A program made the translations under genes and the position numbers. A stretch of DNA of 10,534 bases from an uncultured archaeon (GTDB lineage: Archaea > Asgardarchaeota > Thorarchaeia > Thorarchaeales > Thorarchaeaceae): NCBI GenBank assembly GCA_964473825.1, contig CAYYQL010000060.1, positions 1 to 10,534 on the forward strand, in the 5' to 3' direction. Below the pieces are notes generated by a model. That model saw nothing but the letters and a program-made list of their open reading frames with translations. It was not told the origin of the DNA and did not search any database. Positions within the stretch are counted from its first letter, which is position 1. Each line of letters opens with the position of its first letter. Below, one piece after another: positions 1 through 7,473 of this stretch.

Positions 1-1
1 A

Positions 2-280
2 ACGGATCCGCTCAATAGTGACTCTGACGGCGATGGAATGCCAGATGGCTGGGAGGTCAGGTACGGCTTTGACCCGACAGATTCCTCGATTCCCTTGACC
101 GAGATTCTCCTGTATAACGTCCCGATCCTGTTGGTAGCAATCAATGGCCTGATTGTGTCCGGTATCTTGTATATCTTCAAGGGGTGGAAGGAGCAACAAG
201 ACAGAAAGCTGGCGGAACAAAAGAGGAAAGAGGAGCTCGAGAGAGCCATTGACGATTTGGTCAATGAAGACAGTCATTAG
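2..280 (+). CDS. 3' part of a membrane-anchored surface protein with thrombospondin-type-3-like (DxDxDG) Ca2+-binding repeat; 5'-truncated by the window edge
   Basis: The frame is open from base 2: TDPLNSDSDGDGMPDGWEVRYGFDP is a typical TSP3-like repeat. It is followed by a hydrophobic helix (ILLYNVPILLVAINGLIVSGILYIF) and a charged tail, ending TAG at 278-280. The ATG at 38 is probably internal. Confidence 0.8.
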   Translation, partial: TDPLNSDSDGDGMPDGWEVRYGFDPTDSSIPLTEILLYNVPILLVAINGLIVSGILYIFKGWKEQQDRKLAEQKRKEELERAIDDLVNEDSH

Positions 281-344
281 GCTCCTACACACATTGGGTA
301 CCGAGTGAGACACCAGCCACAGAATCAACTCCCGCGGAAATCGG

Positions 345-392
345 AAAAAGGGGAAGAAGAAACGAGAGAGCGTTCACATTGCCCTCTCTCGT
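345..392 (-). terminator. hairpin plus pyrimidine-tract terminator following the displaced etfA tail
   Basis: 9-bp perfect inverted repeat ACGAGAGAG (362-370)/CTCTCTCGT (384-392), followed on the minus strand by TTCTTCTTCCCCTTTTT. It starts 7 nt after the TAG at 400-402. Confidence 0.65.
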
Positions 393-399
393 GTAGATA

Positions 400-537
400 C
401 TACTGTTTCTCCGCCTGCACGCGCTTGATCTAGTCGATAATCGCCGGGATCACATCGAACAGGTCCCCTACAATACCGAAGTCCCCAACCTGGAAGATTG
501 GTGCCTCGGGATCCTTGTTCACGGCAACTACGATAAT
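400..537 (-). pseudogene. etfA: displaced 3'-terminal fragment of an ETF alpha subunit gene
   Basis: Minus strand translates [44 protein letters not shown]. 30/41 aa are identical to the C-terminus of the etfA at 3297-4496. There is a premature TAG at 430-432 where etfA has Glu, and no clear etfA similarity upstream of about 540. Confidence 0.92.
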
Positions 538-687
538 GCTATTCGATGTAGCCACTTGATGAGCCGAACACGGCAAGGTGTACAGCGGTGACTCTCAGAT
601 GCAGGCATCCTGTTGAGCTTCACACAAGAAGGTTCAAGAACTGAATCTGTTATCAAGGGACGTTAGTAGCTGAGGGGTATTCCCGAG

Positions 688-1290
688 ATGAAACATGATA
701 GGCACAGGCCGGTTCTGATTGTGTTCTGTCTATTGCTGATCTCCCCTTTCGCGAGGATGTGTTCGGCTACATCGGACCAAGTTGGCCAAAGGATATCTGA
801 CGACCAAGGACCCACCATAACGCCAGAAATGCCCAACTTCATAGATACCATTGGGACAGGCGAGTGTGACGAGTATCCCTTAGTTCTTCGTGCGGGCGTG
901 AATGATTCAGCAGGTGTGTCACAAGTAATCGGCAGCTATTGTAATCGATTAGACGGAGTCTGGCATAATGTGACCATGTCCGTCAGTCCTGAATTCGAGA
1001 GTCGTGTCGTCTATGAATCAGAGCCGATCAACTATACCCTCTGTAACCACAATACCAGCGTGGTCTGGGACATCATATTCTACGCTCAGAACTCCTTGGG
1101 TATATGGTCGACGGAGAACACATCTCAGAGCGTCTGCAGGATATGGATCTCAAACAGCAGAACTACAACATCCGCAGATCTCTCAGGAGTTACCATTCTG
1201 CTGATATTCAGTGTGGCGGCAGCCACCATCGTGATTGTAGCATATGCGAAACGTGTCGGTTCTTCAGCATCCGGCCAAACCAGTAGATGA
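688..1290 (+). CDS. small single-pass membrane-anchored surface protein with one predicted Ig-like beta-sandwich domain
   Basis: GAGGGG RBS at about 672-677; N-terminal signal peptide (RHRPVLIVFCLLLISPFA); beta-rich domain ending IIFYAQNSLG; Ser/Thr linker; C-terminal TM helix plus KR; several N-x-S/T sequons (NDS, NVT, NYT, NTS, NTS). Confidence 0.8.
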   Translation: MKHDRHRPVLIVFCLLLISPFARMCSATSDQVGQRISDDQGPTITPEMPNFIDTIGTGECDEYPLVLRAGVNDSAGVSQVIGSYCNRLDGVWHNVTMSVSPEFESRVVYESEPINYTLCNHNTSVVWDIIFYAQNSLGIWSTENTSQSVCRIWISNSRTTTSADLSGVTILLIFSVAAATIVIVAYAKRVGSSASGQTSR

Positions 1291-1513
1291 AGCATGTGAC
1301 GGCTCCAATAACAAGTGCGATTAGGAATGGATATCCAATAGCAATTCGCCTTGGCATCGCTTAGAGAGGGCGGCCAACCCTGAAGAGTATGACCACTGGG
1401 GTCAGTGAAGGACAGACCCTGGAGTTTTCAGTTCATCAGGAGACCAAGGTGAGGAGATTCAGTCTGAACCAGAACCACTGAAGACACCGTGTCATGTCAT
1501 TGTCTTGGGTTGT

Positions 1514-2968
1514 CTAATCAGACACAGCCGATGGAGACCTATACCCTAGCCGGTGCAGAACTATCAGTCCTGAGAAGACGACTGCAACAGAGATTCCGAC
1601 AAGAGTCAGCAGGAGTGACAGAGAACTCAGGATGGGGACATCCTGAGATGACGAAGGATGGACTATGACCATCACGGTATCAGATGCAACGTTGCCAGCG
1701 AGGTCGCGGACCAGCAACGTGTAGTTGTAGGTCCCTACCTCAAGCCCGTCGATGGTGATGCTAATAGTTGATGTCTCCCACGCCCCAGAGTCGATGAGAG
1801 TACCGTTCTGGTACAGTTCGTAGGAGGCGGGATGCAGGTCTGAGACGTGCCAGGTGATGGAATGCCCTGTGGTTTCGGCCTCATACTCGATGTCCCCCGG
1901 ATGATGGATCTCTGGGTCAAGGAGGTCATAGAGGACAGGATGTTCGTCGACGCTCTGAGCAGCGCCCGGCACCTCATAGTCCCCGACACCATCATAGTCG
2001 TCCCAGTAGTTGCCATGGGTTCCGTTGTCCCAACGGTTCACGACACCATCATCGTATCCGTTCGCAGTGTTGTTGAACAGGGTGTTCAGATACATGAGGC
2101 TCCCACTGGCATCCCCCAGAAGATACACACCACACCTGTTGTATGATGCCGTGTTGCGAATGAGTGTGCAATTCCTGACAGAGATGAGTACGAATCCATC
2201 TTCTACATTCGCAGTTGCAGTGTTGTTCTCCAGGGTGCAGTTCTCCGACGGCAGGTGCTCGAAACCGAACCCTAGGGTATAACTGAGGTCGAAGCCGTGT
2301 TGGGTGTTATGGGAAGCCATATTGTCCTTAAGATACAGTCCAACAGCGTAGCGTAAGACGAAGCCTGTCCCCCCATTCGATGAGGCTGTGTTTCCGAATA
2401 CGATGCAGTCAGAGCAGTCGGAGAGAACCACGCCGCTCCCGTTGTTCTCCACCAGCGTGTTCTCGGTGATTGTGCACTGCTTCGCGCCCCAGATAGAAAC
2501 ACCTGTACCGCAGTGGATCACAGTGTTGTTTGTGATAGTGATATCGCTACAGGATGCGAGGTCGATGCCAATTCCGCGATGGCTGATGATGCAGCCCTCC
2601 ACGGCGCCATGTCGAACCAGATGAAAAACGATGCCGTTACTAGCCATTGTGTCAGGAGAGGAGATGAAGCAATCACGGATGACGAAGTAGACGGTGGTCT
2701 GGGAGATAGAGATGGCGGTGTCGTTACTTGTGATGTTCAGCCCCGAGATGACGTAGGGATCCTCCTCGGTGCCGGAGCCGGGCCAGCCCTGGTCGGTGAA
2801 GTTGGTATTTGATGTTATGACGATGGGATCGTGGGAAGTGTACGATGCGGGTTGCGAGATTCCATACTCATCCTGTGATTGACTCAGCAGGCTACCAGAC
2901 CCATGGGGAACATGAACAATCAGCAAGACCATGATGAGTGTGATTGTAGTAGCAGACCTGAGACTCAA
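1514..2968 (-). CDS. NosD-like right-handed parallel beta-helix (PbH1 repeat) surface protein with Ig-like domain and C-terminal TM anchor
   Basis: TTG start with GGAGGAG RBS (2975-2981); signal peptide; WPGSGTEEDPYVI cap motif; repeated C-x-[IL]-x-x-N-T-x-x-x-N-x(2-3)-G-[FIV]-x-L units; WDNGTHGNYWDDY motif; Ig-like GTYNYTLLVRDLAGN; C-terminal hydrophobic helix; many N-glycosylation sequons. Confidence 0.9.
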   Translation of the reverse strand: MSLRSATTITLIMVLLIVHVPHGSGSLLSQSQDEYGISQPASYTSHDPIVITSNTNFTDQGWPGSGTEEDPYVISGLNITSNDTAISISQTTVYFVIRDCFISSPDTMASNGIVFHLVRHGAVEGCIISHRGIGIDLASCSDITITNNTVIHCGTGVSIWGAKQCTITENTLVENNGSGVVLSDCSDCIVFGNTASSNGGTGFVLRYAVGLYLKDNMASHNTQHGFDLSYTLGFGFEHLPSENCTLENNTATANVEDGFVLISVRNCTLIRNTASYNRCGVYLLGDASGSLMYLNTLFNNTANGYDDGVVNRWDNGTHGNYWDDYDGVGDYEVPGAAQSVDEHPVLYDLLDPEIHHPGDIEYEAETTGHSITWHVSDLHPASYELYQNGTLIDSGAWETSTISITIDGLEVGTYNYTLLVRDLAGNVASDTVMVIVHPSSSQDVPILSSLSLLLTLVGISVAVVFSGLIVLHRLGYRSPSAVSD

Positions 2969-3032
2969 CGAACACTCCTCCGGATATGGGTCAGCGATGC
3001 CTCATAGATTGTCCCGCTAAGTAATAAGCACG

Positions 3033-3284
3033 GTGCATCCCGCATGTCACCTCATGATGGCTCTGCCCCGAATTTACGATGGATGTGGGAGTCCTGCACC
3101 ACTTGATTCCAAAGGAGGTGGGCTCTATGCGAAGTCGATGAGAGAGGGAGGAGCGTCTTGGGGGTCGATTTCTGAGAGGTTGTTCGACAGATGTGGCTAC
3201 ACGTGGCCGTATTATACGGTGATGAGAAGATTTAGGAAACTTGGTATCCGCCAAAGAAAGGAAGAAGCCTACCGTTCGAGGTAG
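3033..3284 (+). CDS. possible small helix-turn-helix protein (start uncertain; may be a frameshifted remnant)
   Basis: The C-terminal half AKSMREGGASWGSISERLFDRCGYTWPYYTVMRRFRKLGI has a three-helix HTH-like pattern. The N-terminal half does not look protein-like, and the 3' end runs through the etfA terminator. Confidence 0.3.
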   Translation: MHPACHLMMALPRIYDGCGSPAPLDSKGGGLYAKSMREGGASWGSISERLFDRCGYTWPYYTVMRRFRKLGIRQRKEEAYRSR

Positions 3285-3286
3285 GC
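3253..3286 (-). terminator. hairpin plus pyrimidine-tract terminator of etfBA
   Basis: 7-bp stem GCCTACC (3267-3273)/GGTAGGC (3280-3286) with a 6-nt loop, followed on the minus strand by TTCTTCCTTTCTTT. It lies 10 nt after the etfA stop. Confidence 0.7.
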
Positions 3287-3296
3287 CCTAGCATAA

Positions 3297-4496
3297 CTAT
3301 CTCTCTGACCGGACTCTTTCGATTTCCTTGATTATTTCTGGTACCACTTCAAACAGGTCACCGACTATTCCGAAGTCTGCAACGTCAAATATCGGCGCTT
3401 CTGGGTCTTTGTTCACTGCAACCAGAATTTCGCTGGGGGCACATCCAATAATATGTTGCACAGCCCCAGAAATCCCGAACGCAAAATACAGCTTAGGACA
3501 GACGGTCCGCCCCGACTGCCCGACCTGCTGGGCTGGTGGGAGCCACCCCGCGTCGACGATGGGTCGCGAACCGCCCACAGCCGCGTCGAGAATCTCAGCC
3601 AGTTGCTTGGGCAGTTCGAGGTTTGACGGGTCTTTGATACCGCGCCCGCTCGAAACGATGATGTCGGCCTCCTCAACGGACTTCATGCCCTCGCCTACCT
3701 GCTTGACCTTCTCAAGCACCTTGGTCCGCACCTGGACCGGGCTGATGGAAACCTCTACCTTCTCGATCTCGCCGGTGCGTGAGGTGTCCCGCTCACTCGG
3801 TTTGAAGACGTTGGGCCGCACCGTGGCCATCTGGGGTCTCGTGTACGGGCACAAAATCTCGGCCATGATGTTACCGCCGAAGGCTGGACGTGTCTGCACC
3901 AGTTGTCGTTCATCATCGACATCGAGGGCGGTGCAGTCTGCAGTGAGCCCGAGTTCGAGTCGCGCGGCGACGCGTGGAGCAAGGTCGCGTCCATTGCTCG
4001 TGGCACCGAAGAGCACGACAGCCGGCTTTCGGGGTGCGATGAGTGACGTCATGGCGATGGCATAGGCATCGGTGGTATACTCCTTGAATATCTCATCATC
4101 AACCACGATGACCTTGTCAGCACCCTGATGGATGAGAGAGTCAGCCAGGTCCTCAATATCGTGCCCTATCAGAACAGCAACGAGGTCCTCGCCCAGCTTG
4201 TCAGCAAGCACTCGACCCTCAGTGACGAGCTCGAAGGCGACACCTTTGAGCCTGTCATCCACAATCTCACAGAAGACCCAGACATTCTTGTATTCAGCAA
4301 GTTTGTCTTTGTTAATTGCCTTCCTCTCAATCTTGATAGCATCAACCGGACAGACCTCTTCGCATGAGCCGCAGAGGACACACTTGTCGAGATCGAACTT
4401 CACCTTATCACCGTGTTTCTCGATAGCAGCGAAGTTACAGACCTTTGGACAGAGCATGCACCCGGTGCAAACATCTTCTTTGTAAATGAGAGTCAT
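3297..4496 (-). CDS. etfA: electron transfer flavoprotein alpha subunit with N-terminal 2x[4Fe-4S] ferredoxin domain
   Basis: CTGCMLCPKVC and CVLCGSCEEVCP cluster motifs; ETF-alpha signatures [54 protein letters not shown]. Confidence 0.97.
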   Translation of the reverse strand: MTLIYKEDVCTGCMLCPKVCNFAAIEKHGDKVKFDLDKCVLCGSCEEVCPVDAIKIERKAINKDKLAEYKNVWVFCEIVDDRLKGVAFELVTEGRVLADKLGEDLVAVLIGHDIEDLADSLIHQGADKVIVVDDEIFKEYTTDAYAIAMTSLIAPRKPAVVLFGATSNGRDLAPRVAARLELGLTADCTALDVDDERQLVQTRPAFGGNIMAEILCPYTRPQMATVRPNVFKPSERDTSRTGEIEKVEVSISPVQVRTKVLEKVKQVGEGMKSVEEADIIVSSGRGIKDPSNLELPKQLAEILDAAVGGSRPIVDAGWLPPAQQVGQSGRTVCPKLYFAFGISGAVQHIIGCAPSEILVAVNKDPEAPIFDVADFGIVGDLFEVVPEIIKEIERVRSER

Positions 4497-4499
4497 CGG

Positions 4500-5288
4500 T
4501 TAAATCGCCCCCTTCTCTGCAAGAAACGCAACAAGCTTCTTTGCAGCCTCTCTTGGTGGCACATCTTCCAGTCTTATACCACCCTTCTTTTGTTCCGGTG
4601 GAAAGACCTTACTGACTTGTGTGGGTGAACCCTTGAGACCTATTTCGTCCTCGGGGATGCCAAGGGTCTCAGAGTCAATCTCCTCCAAGGGTTTCTTCTT
4701 AGCCTTCATGATGCCCATGATGTTGGGTAGCCGTGGCTCATTCAATCCCTTGTCGGCAGTGATAAGGACTGGGAGTCTGGCTTTGATGACTTCATATCCC
4801 TCATCTGTACCTCTGTGACATGTGATGTGCTTGCCGTCTTCGCTGATCTCGACCTTTCGAACATAGCATATCTGAGGGATTCTAAGCAACTCTGCAATCT
4901 CAGGACCAACTTGAGCCGTGTCACCATCAATAGCCTGCTTGCCACAGATGACAAGGTCATAGTCCATCTTCTTGATTTGTGAGGCCAGGGTCAAGGCGGT
5001 TGCCCATGTGTCTGCTCCAGCAAATGCGCGGTCTGTCATAAGAATGGCCTTGTCGCCACCCATGGCCAGAGCCTTGTACAGTGCGTCCTTGGCCTGTGGG
5101 GGCCCCATGGTGATGATGGTGACCTCGCCGCCATGCTTCTCTCGCAGCCTGATGGCCTCCTCAACGGCATATTCACAGAATGGATTAAGGATGCTCGGCA
5201 CTCCTTCTCGAATCAGAGTCCCTGTTTCTTGGTCTACCTTTACCTCGGCGACCTCAGGGACCTGCTTGACTGGTACAATGATCTTCAA
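4500..5288 (-). CDS. etfB: electron transfer flavoprotein beta subunit (FixA/bifurcating-type motifs)
   Basis: TTG start with GGAGTGA RBS; KQVP, TLIREGVPSILNPF, MGPPQA, DRAFAGADTWAT, CGKQAIDGDTAQVGP, GLKGSPTQV motifs; 3 nt upstream of etfA. Confidence 0.97.
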   Translation of the reverse strand: MKIIVPVKQVPEVAEVKVDQETGTLIREGVPSILNPFCEYAVEEAIRLREKHGGEVTIITMGPPQAKDALYKALAMGGDKAILMTDRAFAGADTWATALTLASQIKKMDYDLVICGKQAIDGDTAQVGPEIAELLRIPQICYVRKVEISEDGKHITCHRGTDEGYEVIKARLPVLITADKGLNEPRLPNIMGIMKAKKKPLEEIDSETLGIPEDEIGLKGSPTQVSKVFPPEQKKGGIRLEDVPPREAAKKLVAFLAEKGAI

Positions 5289-5472
5289 TGTGTTTCACTC
5301 CGAGGCGTGGTCTGTGCACGAATCGAGTCGTAAGATGACTCAGATATAAGCAATACGTCATCGGAAATCTTTCGTGCCTAGATAGATAACAGTGTTTGTA
5401 CGCAATCCTTTTATTCGGGGAACCGTCGATTAGGCACCAGTCTAACACAACCATATAGGTAGTGAAGTCAAA
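5289..5472. promoter_or_regulatory. divergent promoter region with archaeal TATA-like boxes
   Basis: AT-richer 184-nt gap. CTTATAT on the minus strand (5344-5350) lies about 56 nt before etfB. CCTTTTATTC on the plus strand (5407-5416) lies about 56 nt before the 5473 gene; the identical 10-mer occurs at 8023-8032 upstream of rps19. Confidence 0.55.
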
Positions 5473-5817
5473 ATGGGCAAAGAGAAGTTTATTGGTGCGC
5501 TCATATTCATATTAGCACTGTTAGTGATGATTTACTATGTTTGGGGTCTCCTTCTCCTGCAGATTGAGCCAACCAAGTCAATGATTGAGGGGTGGGTCCT
5601 CTCGTTCTCCAGTCAGGGAGATATCTTGTATTCCCTATTCCTGCCGGACCCGATGTTCTTGGTAACCCTCCCGATCTTAGTTGGCGCGGCCCTGGTCTGC
5701 ATCATTGCCATGTGGATTGGCTGGACAATGATCACGACCCCAGCACCCGAGCCACTCGAGGACTTCGATTTCGATGAGGAAGAGATCGAAGAGCCAGAGA
5801 CCGAGAGCACCGAATAG
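5473..5817 (+). CDS. small two-TM membrane protein with acidic tail, DPM2-like
   Basis: Two hydrophobic helices; motifs IG...L..YY.W..LL, FLP...V.LP...G, WIGWTMITTPAPEP; acidic C-terminus. The resemblance to eukaryotic DPM2 was judged by eye. Confidence 0.8.
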   Translation: MGKEKFIGALIFILALLVMIYYVWGLLLLQIEPTKSMIEGWVLSFSSQGDILYSLFLPDPMFLVTLPILVGAALVCIIAMWIGWTMITTPAPEPLEDFDFDEEEIEEPETESTE

Positions 5818-5842
5818 ACATCAATCATATTGCGTGATTATC

Positions 5843-5865
5843 GAGTTGGGCTCTGAGCCCAACTC
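5843..5865. terminator. perfect inverted repeat between convergent genes (likely bidirectional terminator)
   Basis: GAGTTGGGCTC-T-GAGCCCAACTC, 11-bp arms, 25 nt after the stop of 5473-5817. Confidence 0.55.
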
Positions 5866-5994
5866 ACCACATCGTATTCTGTATGAGGATTTGCGAACCT
5901 ATGCGATACTCTGCCCCGGTCTTCTGAGCTCTTGGTCAGCATCACCTTCATTCCAACCGGCTGTCCGACCGGTTTCAGACAGGACTGCCTATCA

Positions 5995-7347
5995 TCATAT
6001 ACGTGAGAGCGCCTCTTTGATGAGATCTACACCCTTTTTGCACAGGGTTTCAGCAGCGTCTTTTGACTTCCCTTCTACAAAGCATCGCCAAAGAGGCTCC
6101 GTCCCAGAGGGGCGCATCAGAATCCAGCCGTCGTCAAACATCAACTTCACGCCATCGAGGGTAATCCGATCCATGTCCTCCGTTAGCCTCCTGAGTTCAG
6201 GGAGAACAAATTCCTTCTGTTCCGGCTTCATGTGTACCTTGGTCTTCTCACTGTAATAGATGGGGAGCTCCTCAACCAGTTGCGAGAGAGTCTTCTCTTC
6301 ACCTGCCATGATCTCAACAATCTGAGCTGCGGTCATGGCACCGTCTCTCACAGACTGATGGGGAGGATAGAACACACCACCATTCTCCTCGCCTCCGAGA
6401 TCGGCATCAATCTCTTCCAGCCTGTGGGACACAATCACACTTCCAACTTCGGTCCAATCAATGGATGCGCCTCTGCCCTTTGCAACATCCTCGATCAGAC
6501 GGCCGCTACTCACAGGCGTGACCAGGACCGAGCCCTTCTTGAGCACGCGCGCTGCGATGATAGCAAAAGACTGGTCGCCCCAGAGAATCTCACCGTTCTC
6601 ATCGACAAAGGTAGCCCTGTCTGCATCACCATCGTGGGCGATTCCAAGGTCTGCACCCACGGCCTTGACTGTGCGGGCGAGATCAACCAGATTCTTCGGA
6701 ACGGGCTCTGGGTCCCGTCCCGGGAACCGACCATCAAGTTGGCAGTTCAGAGAGAAGACCTTGCAGCCCAGTTCCCTCATCAGGATGGGCGTTACAAGGG
6801 AACCGACACTGCAGGCTCCATCCACCACGACCCTCAGTTCACGGTCGCGAATTGTGTCTACATCAACATGGGATTTTATGGCATCGAGGTACTTCCTGAT
6901 TGCTCCGTCGTAGCACTCAACAGCTCCAATCTCGTCCCAACCCGCCACACGGAACTCTTTGGAGAAATAGATGTCTTCAATCTCACCCTCCAGGTCTCTC
7001 GTGACCTCGATGCCGTTTGCACCCATGACCTTGATCCCATTGAATTCAGGGGGGTTATGAGAGGCGGTTATCATGACACTGCCCACACAGTCCAGTCGTG
7101 GTGTCATGAACTGAAGCGTTGGTACTGGAGCAGGGCCAATGTCAACCACCGAACACCCTGTGGAAACAAGGCCTGCAATCGCGGCTAGGTTGAACATCTC
7201 ACCACCCATCCTCGAATCACGTGAGATAGCAATTTTCCCACGACCCAATACTGTTCCCACTGCTCGTGCCAGGTCTAATGTCAGCTGCACAGTGAACTCG
7301 TTGTTGATGGTTCCACGAACTCCGTTGGTTCCAAACAGATGTCCCAT
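5995..7347 (-). CDS. glmM: alpha-D-phosphohexomutase (archaeal phosphoglucosamine mutase / phosphomannomutase-phosphoglucomutase family)
   Basis: LFGTNGVRG N-terminus (ATG at 7347 preferred over GTG 7371); catalytic ITASHNPPEFNGIK; metal loop DGDADR; sugar loop GGEENGG; phosphate loop RPSGTEP. Exact substrate cannot be determined from sequence alone. Confidence 0.93.
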   Translation of the reverse strand: MGHLFGTNGVRGTINNEFTVQLTLDLARAVGTVLGRGKIAISRDSRMGGEMFNLAAIAGLVSTGCSVVDIGPAPVPTLQFMTPRLDCVGSVMITASHNPPEFNGIKVMGANGIEVTRDLEGEIEDIYFSKEFRVAGWDEIGAVECYDGAIRKYLDAIKSHVDVDTIRDRELRVVVDGACSVGSLVTPILMRELGCKVFSLNCQLDGRFPGRDPEPVPKNLVDLARTVKAVGADLGIAHDGDADRATFVDENGEILWGDQSFAIIAARVLKKGSVLVTPVSSGRLIEDVAKGRGASIDWTEVGSVIVSHRLEEIDADLGGEENGGVFYPPHQSVRDGAMTAAQIVEIMAGEEKTLSQLVEELPIYYSEKTKVHMKPEQKEFVLPELRRLTEDMDRITLDGVKLMFDDGWILMRPSGTEPLWRCFVEGKSKDAAETLCKKGVDLIKEALSRI

Positions 7348-7473
7348 TATACTTCGCCCTGTGTTCAGCACTCTTTCTTGGTCTTAAGGCTCACGCTCTG
7401 AGGATAACGTATTCTCATGTCTGCATATCATGACTTAAGAGGTAGGTGGTCACACTCAACCAAGGTTTGCCAC

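Larger units (their letters stand above)
538..3296. mobile_element. putative integrated cargo segment between etfA and its displaced 3' tail
   Basis: Bounded by two versions of the etfA 3' end, each with its own terminator. Contains only accessory surface or HTH-like genes. No recombinase gene seen; boundaries approximate. Confidence 0.5.

Noticed and set aside
1389-1481. 30-aa ORF MTTGVSEGQTLEFSVHQETKVRRFSLNQNH, vaguely like a PDZ C-terminus or AlbA_2 start
   Set aside because: Too short, no RBS, and the resemblance is not distinguishable from chance without a profile search.
5838-5951. 37-aa minus-strand ORF after glmM (…VGMKVMLTK…HRF) as a DUF35 OB-fold remnant or a third displaced tail
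   Set aside because: No similarity to the 3' end of glmM or the 5473 gene; the motif resemblance is too weak.
3328-7188. Long antisense ORFs (3328-4065, 4972-5349, 5774-6256, 6232-7188, 6461-6913)
   Set aside because: Shadow frames opposite well-supported etfA, etfB and phosphohexomutase genes; no protein-like motifs.
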